Shown here: positions 1-5,089 of the stretch, in pieces | Position numbering within the stretch: the first letter of the stretch is position 1 | How the letters are laid out: the number at the start of each line of letters is the position of its first letter | Assembly: GCA_051294375.1 (NCBI GenBank) | Contig: JBJCIZ010000891.1 | Coordinates: 23,623 to 28,711 of the forward strand | From: Paraspadella gotoi | Lineage: Eukaryota; Animalia; Chaetognatha | Length of the DNA: 5,089 nt | Reading direction: 5' to 3' | Made by a program: the position numbers and the translations under genes | The notes under the pieces: generated by a model | The model's input: only the letters and a program-made list of their open reading frames with translations | Database searches by the model: none | Told to the model about the DNA's origin: nothing

Positions 1-57
1 GAACCCCGGACCTTTGGGTTGAGAGGCGAATGACTTGCCTTTGGCAACAATGGCCGC
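1..57 (-). mobile_element. tRNA-derived SINE head or tRNA pseudogene (CTC at the anticodon position), truncated by the window edge
   Basis: The reverse complement reads GCGGCCATTGTTGCCAAAGGCAAGTCATTCGCCTCTCAACCCAAAGGTCCGGGGTTC. Counting back from the terminal GTTC (tRNA positions 53-56, start of the B-box) gives a canonical AGGTC variable loop, a C-T-CTC-A-A anticodon loop (CTC = plus-strand 21-23) and a degenerate A-box TTGCCAAAGG. Only 3 of 5 anticodon-stem pairs form, so it is unlikely to be a functional tRNA. Confidence 0.55.
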
Positions 58-64
58 TGATGAA

Positions 65-74
65 NNNNNNNNNN
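65..74. other. Assembly gap (10 N)
   Basis: Run of 10 Ns. Sequence on either side may not be truly adjacent. Confidence 0.98.
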
Positions 75-330
75 ATTTTAATCCACCATACCTAAAACTT
101 TATAAGTTTTATTAATATTTTATAATTAAAAATAATATTCTGAAGTATTTATAATATATATTTTAAATAATATTTTTTCTGCATATGAATTAAACTTCAT
201 CCCTGAATCTATTTTAATAAAAATAAAACTAACTATTTGACATAAAACTTTTAATAATAATAATTTAACTGAAAAATAACCGGTAATAAATATAAATAAA
301 AAATATAAATATAAAAAAAATTAAAAACCA
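75..330. other. Very AT-rich low-complexity intergenic/intronic sequence
   Basis: Long A/T runs and TAAATA-type motifs, very few G/C, no ORF in the track. Confidence 0.75.
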
Positions 331-1270
331 TGACAATTTTTTTTCCATCATGGTATGAACGTCATAACCATAACATAGACAAGTCCTCGAATGGCAGCAT
401 CAAGTCCCGCAAAAAATTTTCTGCTAATAGAGTCGCAATAAAAAAATATTACAACTTACCACTTTCTTTTTGTGTGTCATTAAAATAATAGAAATTTTAA
501 AAAATCTGGATAATTTTTTTTGTAATGGGACAGGTTTCATAAAATTAACTGCAATAATAAGATTTAAAATAGTTCAACAATGACAATATTATAGTACTCC
601 TATTACGAAGCCTGTTAATTTTTAAATAGTTGAAGATTCTCGCAAACTGTATGTTACTTAGTCGTGACTCTATAAAGAACCCCCTCCTCGACCTAGTGGA
701 GAAGGAGAAGACGTCGGGAGAGAAACTATACTGAAGACCGGGATCGCGGGCACCAAGAAGTTGATAAGATTCTTACTCTTACCGACTTGAAGTCTTGAAT
801 ATTTAATGGGTATACCTTAATAAAATAAAGCTTATAGATATTCCAGATCTCTTTCCGGTGAGCAACCAACAATATCTTATCAACAATAATAATTATTATT
901 AAACACAAACAATACAACCGAACGACAAGGAAATAATCAAAGCGGAATAAAGAGGAAAAATACGCAAATGTTTAAAGAGCTGAAAAGTGAAGAGTCCCAT
1001 CGCCAAAACGCCGAATGATCGCAAGAAATGGACAGTGCAGCCGAAAGTCAATATCTCTCTTAATAACCGGGAGAGTATCTGGGTAATGGTCCGTCTGGAC
1101 TTTAACAACTCAAAACGCCGAAGTTTTACGAAACCTTTTCTGAATCTTTTTTTTACGAAATCTAAATTTAAAAAAATAACAATAATGCACATATTTTAAT
1201 ATAAAATCTGTCTTTTCATTTATAATTTTCGTAAAAAAAAGATTTTAAAAATCTCGGCGTGAATAACGTT

Positions 1271-1277
1271 TATAAAA
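1271..1277 (+). promoter_or_regulatory. Candidate TATA box
   Basis: TATAAAA at the switch from AT-rich DNA to a GC-richer patch, 53 nt upstream of a GCCATGG start context. The motif is common by chance in AT-rich DNA. Confidence 0.2.
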
Positions 1278-1323
1278 ATCAATACTCTGATTCGTGAACC
1301 GCGGCTGGCTTTAACGAAGCGCC

Positions 1324-1357
1324 ATGGCTCTCGCAGGTTTGGTTCTTGCGGTAATCA
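1324..1357 (+). CDS. Candidate first coding exon, hydrophobic signal-peptide-like start (MALAGLVLAVI)
   Basis: Kozak-like GCCATGG, 11 small or hydrophobic codons, then a consensus donor GTAAGT at 1358-1363 (phase 1). Unspliced, the frame continues to TGA at 1492-1494 (56 aa). Confidence 0.3.
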
Positions 1358-2013
1358 GTAAGTTATGCGCATTCAGGGCCGGTGTAAAAGAATCCCCAGG
1401 CCAACAAAAGTCACAGGATTTCCTACTATTTCAAATAAAAACACATTGCATCGCAACGATTGCTACCACCGAACAAATGACAACGCACAATTGATCTCTC
1501 GATCAGTTAAAAGAAATAGTTAAAGGACGGCGATACGTGGAAAATAAAGCCCGAAAACCAGTTAATTGGATTGTTAAATTAAAACCAAGCAAGCTTGGGT
1601 AAAATTAAAAAAAAGATACCCGTCTTAGCAGATAAGAGTCTATCTGACTGTGTATACCATAACCCATGTATTTTGTATAAGTCTAAAGAGAACGAATAAA
1701 GTCCAAGTACGGAATCTAAAAAACTCCGTAAAACCAGTCACTTTGGTCCATCGTACCATATCAAGATGACCGAATTTTAAAATTGCTCCAACCGGCATGG
1801 GCTTCCCCAAGACGCCCCCGCTTTCGAATACACCACATTTATAATATTTATTTGGTTTTCTGATGGAAACAGGGCCTGACCAAAAAAAAAAGCAGAAAAC
1901 TCGAATCTTGTCCCCCTCGCCCGAAACGAAATGTTTTCTCTATAATATATACCTAATTAAGGGCTGCCATCGTTCGAATCGAAGTTCCGATCAAGATTCC
2001 TTTATATTTTCAG

Positions 2014-2103
2014 CTTCTATTCAACTGCATAGTCACCGGCGCCAAAAAAATTATAACAATAATGGGCAGATTCTGAAAGCTTGGCGTCTGGAAGCCAACG
2101 GAG
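2014..2103 (+). CDS. Candidate internal exon (SIQLHSHRRQKNYNNNGQILKAWRLEANG), product unknown
   Basis: Pyrimidine-rich acceptor TTTATATTTTCAG ends at 2013. The phase-1 frame is open and matches ORF 1863..2153. Donor is GAG|GTAGAG at 2104 (weak), with an alternative same-phase donor G|GTATTT at 2146. Confidence 0.22.
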
Positions 2104-2430
2104 GTAGAGCGCGATCGAAATTTCCATTTATCTGCCGCAAAAATGGTATTTAAATTGACTGGTCAGGCCGTTTTTTTCCCTTTCCAAAAAAGCCTGCTTG
2201 ATCTTTTGGAAAATAGACAAATCATACATATCAGTACGGGTTTCCGATACGCCTTTGTCTTCTCTACACAATAAAAAAGCAAAAGTTAAATTCTGCAAAT
2301 CTTTAATGCTTGATAAAAGCAATCAAATGAACTGGTTTTTTAAGGAAAACTGCAAATAGTCAAGCCTTCATTTTTTTTTTTGTTCAAAACCTCGAAAGAA
2401 AACGTATTGGTTTATACTAATCTGTTTCAG

Positions 2431-2606
2431 GTAGAGCGCGGGAAAAACTATTTAGTCTATTTATATTACAATTCCATGCCAAATACGAATTGAAGTCCCT
2501 TTTATTCGACGGTAAAAGCCGATTCTTAAGCGCAAATCCGGGCCGTAATTTAAAACTGTTTATAGAAGGTTATCTAATGAGGACTTCGATCGAAAAAAAG
2601 GATTGA
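2431..2606 (+). CDS. Candidate terminal exon (RAREKLFSLF...SIEKKD*), product unknown
   Basis: Branch-point-like TACTAAT (2415-2421) followed by CTGTTTCAG acceptor ending at 2430. The phase-1 frame is open for 57 codons to TGA at 2604-2606. Confidence 0.2.
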
Positions 2607-2670
2607 TCATGGCGCGATCCGGGCTAGATTAAAACAGTTTTCAACATGGCTTTACCGTATTTTTTAATAG

Positions 2671-2835
2671 ACGGAATGAAAACGAAACGAAACGGAACGA
2701 AACCGGAACGAAACGGAAGCGAAACGGAACGAAACGGAACGAAACGGAAACGAAAACGAACCGAACGGAACGAAACGGAACGAAACGGAACGAAACGGAA
2801 CGAAACGGAACTGAAAAGGATCGCGAACGGAACGG
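2671..2835 (+). repeat. Microsatellite (CGAAACGGAA)n, made of alternating CGAAA/CGGAA pentamers
   Basis: Directly visible. Four perfect 10-mers at 2771-2810, with degenerate copies on both sides. Confidence 0.95.
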
Positions 2836-3116
2836 TCGCGGATTCGGTTCTTGGTGGATTTTCCACAAACCGCAAGGGCGAATAATCTTTGGAATTGTAA
2901 TGTTTCATATTAATGTTTCGGATTAGTTTTTTATTATAAAACGATATATTCTTGTAGAAGTGTGATATCATAGGGAGTTGAAAAATTTAGAATATGGCTC
3001 CTAATAATCAGATCTTTTGAAATTGTCCATGTTTCATATCAAGTATTCTTATTTTTTTATGTAAACAATGTCGAGGAACATAACTAATAAACGCGTTTCG
3101 ATGGTAACGGGAAATG

Positions 3117-3189
3117 TTACGTGTATAAAAAAAATCAAACATGACCCAATTTCAGACGTCGAGGCTTACGTGTATAAAAAAAATCAAAC
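3117..3189 (+). repeat. Exact 24-bp direct repeat TTACGTGTATAAAAAAAATCAAAC, two copies
   Basis: Copies at 3117-3140 and 3166-3189 (period 49), each followed by a TGACC/TGAACC-like motif. Confidence 0.92.
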
Positions 3190-3395
3190 TTGAACCTAGA
3201 TCACGCCGCCATTGCGAGGCAACGGATAACCGATATAAAAACGAGAGTGACCTAATAAATGCGACTCCGTTGGCAGGAAATTTTTGTTGTAAATAAAAGT
3301 TCGATCGTCTTGACCTAGATTTCACCACCGTCACTAGGCGACGAGTAAACGAGTTGGGGCTCTGCATGCGTTTTGTACTTCAATACACGCATTAG
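3117..3395 (+). mobile_element. Possible 3' portion of a non-autonomous Helitron/Helentron-like element
   Basis: Contains internal diverged duplications (3189-3233 vs 3309-3352). Ends in hairpin ATGCGT(3366-3371)...ACGCAT(3387-3392), then TAG and a T-rich flank, resembling the hairpin + CTRR terminus of rolling-circle elements. The 5' boundary is not determined. Confidence 0.35.
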
Positions 3396-3437
3396 TTTGT
3401 TTTTAATTTACGATGAACTGGATTCATTGTGTCAATG

Positions 3438-3856
3438 ATGACTATCATCGCATGCAAATAAATGACTATCATCATATCATATGAATGATTATCATCACAA
3501 CAATGAATGTCCCTATCATTTTGGTTATCATCAACATAAATCTTTGTTATCATCGCATGAATATTTGTTATCATTGCATCAATCATTTTGGGTTATCATC
3601 CGCATCAAATTTATTGGATTATCCATCGCATTAATTCATTTGGTTACATCGAATCAATTATTGGGTTATCATCGCATACAATTCTTGGTTATCATCTGCA
3701 TCAATATTTGGTTATAATCGCATGCATATTGGTTATCATCGCATCAAATAATCAATTTACTATTACATCAATAAATTACCATTACATCAATCAATTACTA
3801 TTACATCAAACAATTACTTTTACAATCATAATTCGTTATCCGGCATCAATCATTTT
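3438..3856 (+). repeat. Degenerate minisatellite, consensus about GGTTATCATCGCATCAATATTT (21-26 bp spacing), with variant units at both ends
   Basis: GTTATC-type anchors at about 3524, 3546, 3567, 3592, 3617, 3643, 3665, 3688, 3711, 3732 and 3835. ATGA(C/T)TATCATC variants at 3438, 3462, 3485. 19-bp ATTACATCAA-anchored variants at 3762, 3781, 3800. Confidence 0.92.
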
Positions 3857-3935
3857 CCCCTGGCGAGATAACTACTCTTAAGATTTTTTTTCTCAATTAT
3901 AGTTTAAAAGGCTTTGATAATAAAACTCTATAATA

Positions 3936-4001
3936 TTTTTAGTCGATCGTGCTTACAGCAATCCGACTCTATAAATTCACTTTGTCAGTCCGTCGGTCCG
4001 C
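3936..4001 (+). mobile_element. DINE-1/HINE-like 5' end (T-run, hairpin, GTCN microsatellite)
   Basis: TTTTT, then inverted repeat AGTCG(3941-3945)/CGACT(3964-3968) enclosing TGCT/AGCA, then CTATAAATTCACTTT and GTCAGTCCGTCGGTCCG. This order matches the known 5' architecture of Helentron-associated interspersed elements. Confidence 0.45.
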
Positions 4002-4079
4002 CCCCTCATATTGTCGGGCACTAACTTAATATCATGTCAGAACATCGAATTAATGATAAATTATGCCAAAAAAAATGAT

Positions 4080-4430
4080 GTCGTCCGTCCGTCCATGCCG
4101 TCCGTCCGTCACCAATAGCAAAAACACCAATTACTCGTGATAGACGTGGATGGAATTTGAATGAAAATTTTGTTGTGGATAGGTAAGTGTTGTGATTGAG
4201 CTGGATATGGAAGTTTCGAATGGAATCCGTCCCGAGTGAAATGAAGTTTAAATGGAAAAAACAAAAATATATTCACTATTTGAACACCAAATTGCTCACT
4301 GAGTGATGGGCTTGATTGACCTGGAATTTTGTAATGTGGTTTGGAAAGTGTGTGATTGAACAGGAAAATCAAGTTTCGATGGAATCGTTTAAGTGGAAAT
4401 GAAGTTTAAATGGAAAAAAAACAAAACATG
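4080..4430 (+). mobile_element. DINE-1/HINE-like module 1: (GTCC)n plus two diverged core repeats
   Basis: GTCC repeats at 4080-4110. Core units share GTTTAAATGGAAAAAA at 4246 and 4404 (period 158), plus AAGTTTCGA and GTGATTGA motifs. Confidence 0.55.
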
Positions 4431-4489
4431 TTTTAAACTAATTGATTATGCTTCTTTTTCCTTATATTAAATGTATATGCAGGAATGTT

Positions 4490-4560
4490 ATTAATACAAT
4501 CAATAATTACAGTTAATTAATTAATTCGTATTAATTAATCATAATTTTAATAATTTAATA
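4490..4560. repeat. (TTAA)n-like AT low-complexity spacer between the two modules
   Basis: GTTAATTAATTAATTCGTATTAATTAATC and similar sequence. Confidence 0.6.
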
Positions 4561-4564
4561 ACCA

Positions 4565-5020
4565 ATCCGTCCATCCGTCCACCGTAGCAAAAAAGCTCCA
4601 ATAATCTCGTGATTGGCTGGTTTGGGTTGGAATTAAATTTGTGTGTGGGTAGAAAGTGGTGTGATAAAGCTGGATATAAAAGTTTCGATGGAAATCGGGG
4701 TGATGGAAATTAGTTTAAATGGAAAAAACATAAGTCGCATTTACTAAAATCTTTTACTTATTTAAACCAATAAATACTCTAAGTAACTCTGGATGATAGA
4801 TTGAGTTGAAATTATGTGTGTGGGTAGGAAAATGTGTGACGAATCTTGATATAAGTTTTCAGTGGAAACGTACCAGTGGAAATGAGTTTAAAATGAAAAA
4901 AATATGAGTCACATTTACTTGAATCCTTTTTATTTATTTTAAACCCATGATAGATTGAGAATGAATTTTTGTGAGCCGGTAGGAAAGTGAAGTGAGAGCT
5001 AGATATAAAGTTTTGACGGA
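4565..5020 (+). mobile_element. DINE-1/HINE-like module 2: short (GTCC/ATCC)n plus about 2.6 core repeats
   Basis: ATCCGTCCATCCGTCCACCGTAGCAAAAAGCTCCAATAATCTCGTGAT parallels GTCCGTCCGTCACCAATAGCAAAAACACCAATTACTCGTGAT of module 1. Core anchors GTTTAAA at 4713 and 4886; GATATA anchors near 4673, 4848 and 5002. Confidence 0.55.
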
Positions 5021-5075
5021 ATGCAAGTTGAAAAAATGATGCAAGTTGAAAAAAATGATGCAAGTAAAAAAAATT
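5021..5075 (+). repeat. 18-19-bp tandem repeat ATGCAAGTTGAAAAAA(A)TG, three copies
   Basis: Units start at 5021, 5039 and 5058; the third is degenerate. Confidence 0.9.
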
Positions 5076-5089
5076 TAAAGAGCATAAGG

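Noticed and set aside
327-354. Inverted repeat ACCATGA/TCATGGT
   Set aside because: 7-bp stem with no supporting context.
968-1170. Ciliate-type genetic code (TAA=Gln) to explain in-frame TAA codons
   Set aside because: The frame also contains TGA, the stretch is short, and nothing else in the window supports a reassigned code.
726-1199. ORFs 726..917, 899..1192 and 987..1199 as standalone genes
   Set aside because: Short, compositionally biased, mostly non-ATG starts, no recognisable motif.
1374-1382. CAGGGCCGG as a hAT/MITE terminal inverted repeat
   Set aside because: No partner CCGGCCCTG found in the window.
2181-2212. Hairpin TTTCCAAAA...TTTTGGAAA as a terminator
   Set aside because: A 9-bp AT-rich stem is expected by chance, and there is no prokaryotic gene context.
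2671-2835. Telomeric repeat
   Set aside because: The array is interstitial and the unit does not match any telomere motif I know.
2624-2971. Three overlapping ORFs (FRSV/FVPF-rich and TKRNG/TERNE-rich)
   Set aside because: They are translations of the stop-free CGAAACGGAA microsatellite in several frames, not evidence of coding.
3438-3856. CRISPR array
   Set aside because: Units are head-to-tail and degenerate with no unique 25-45-bp spacers, no cas genes are present, and the context is eukaryote-like.
3392-3881. His/Ile-rich ORFs with GYHxHQ-like repeats
   Set aside because: Products of the minisatellite. Unit lengths are mostly not multiples of 3, so frame is not preserved.
4109-5063. 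Minus-strand ORFs 4109..4372 and 4812..5063
   Set aside because: They lie in indel-rich repeat cores and the frames are not conserved between copies.

Overview
AT-rich DNA that looks eukaryotic (probably invertebrate, by inference) from a draft assembly, with a 10-N gap at 65-74. I recognise no gene, operon, CRISPR array or transposase, and most listed ORFs are by-products of repeats. The window starts with a truncated tRNA-like/SINE head on the minus strand. From about 2670 to the end it is a dense mosaic of repeats: a CGAAACGGAA microsatellite, short duplications ending in a hairpin+TAG, a ~22-bp minisatellite that shifts unit along its length, and DINE-1/HINE-like non-autonomous rolling-circle element modules ((GTCC)n plus ~155-175-bp core repeats). 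The left-middle part (1271-2606) holds a speculative, phase-consistent three-exon model for a 99-aa protein with a hydrophobic N-terminus; its second intron is bounded by an exact 12-bp duplication. I found no convincing evidence of a new biological system; the best leads are listed as findings.
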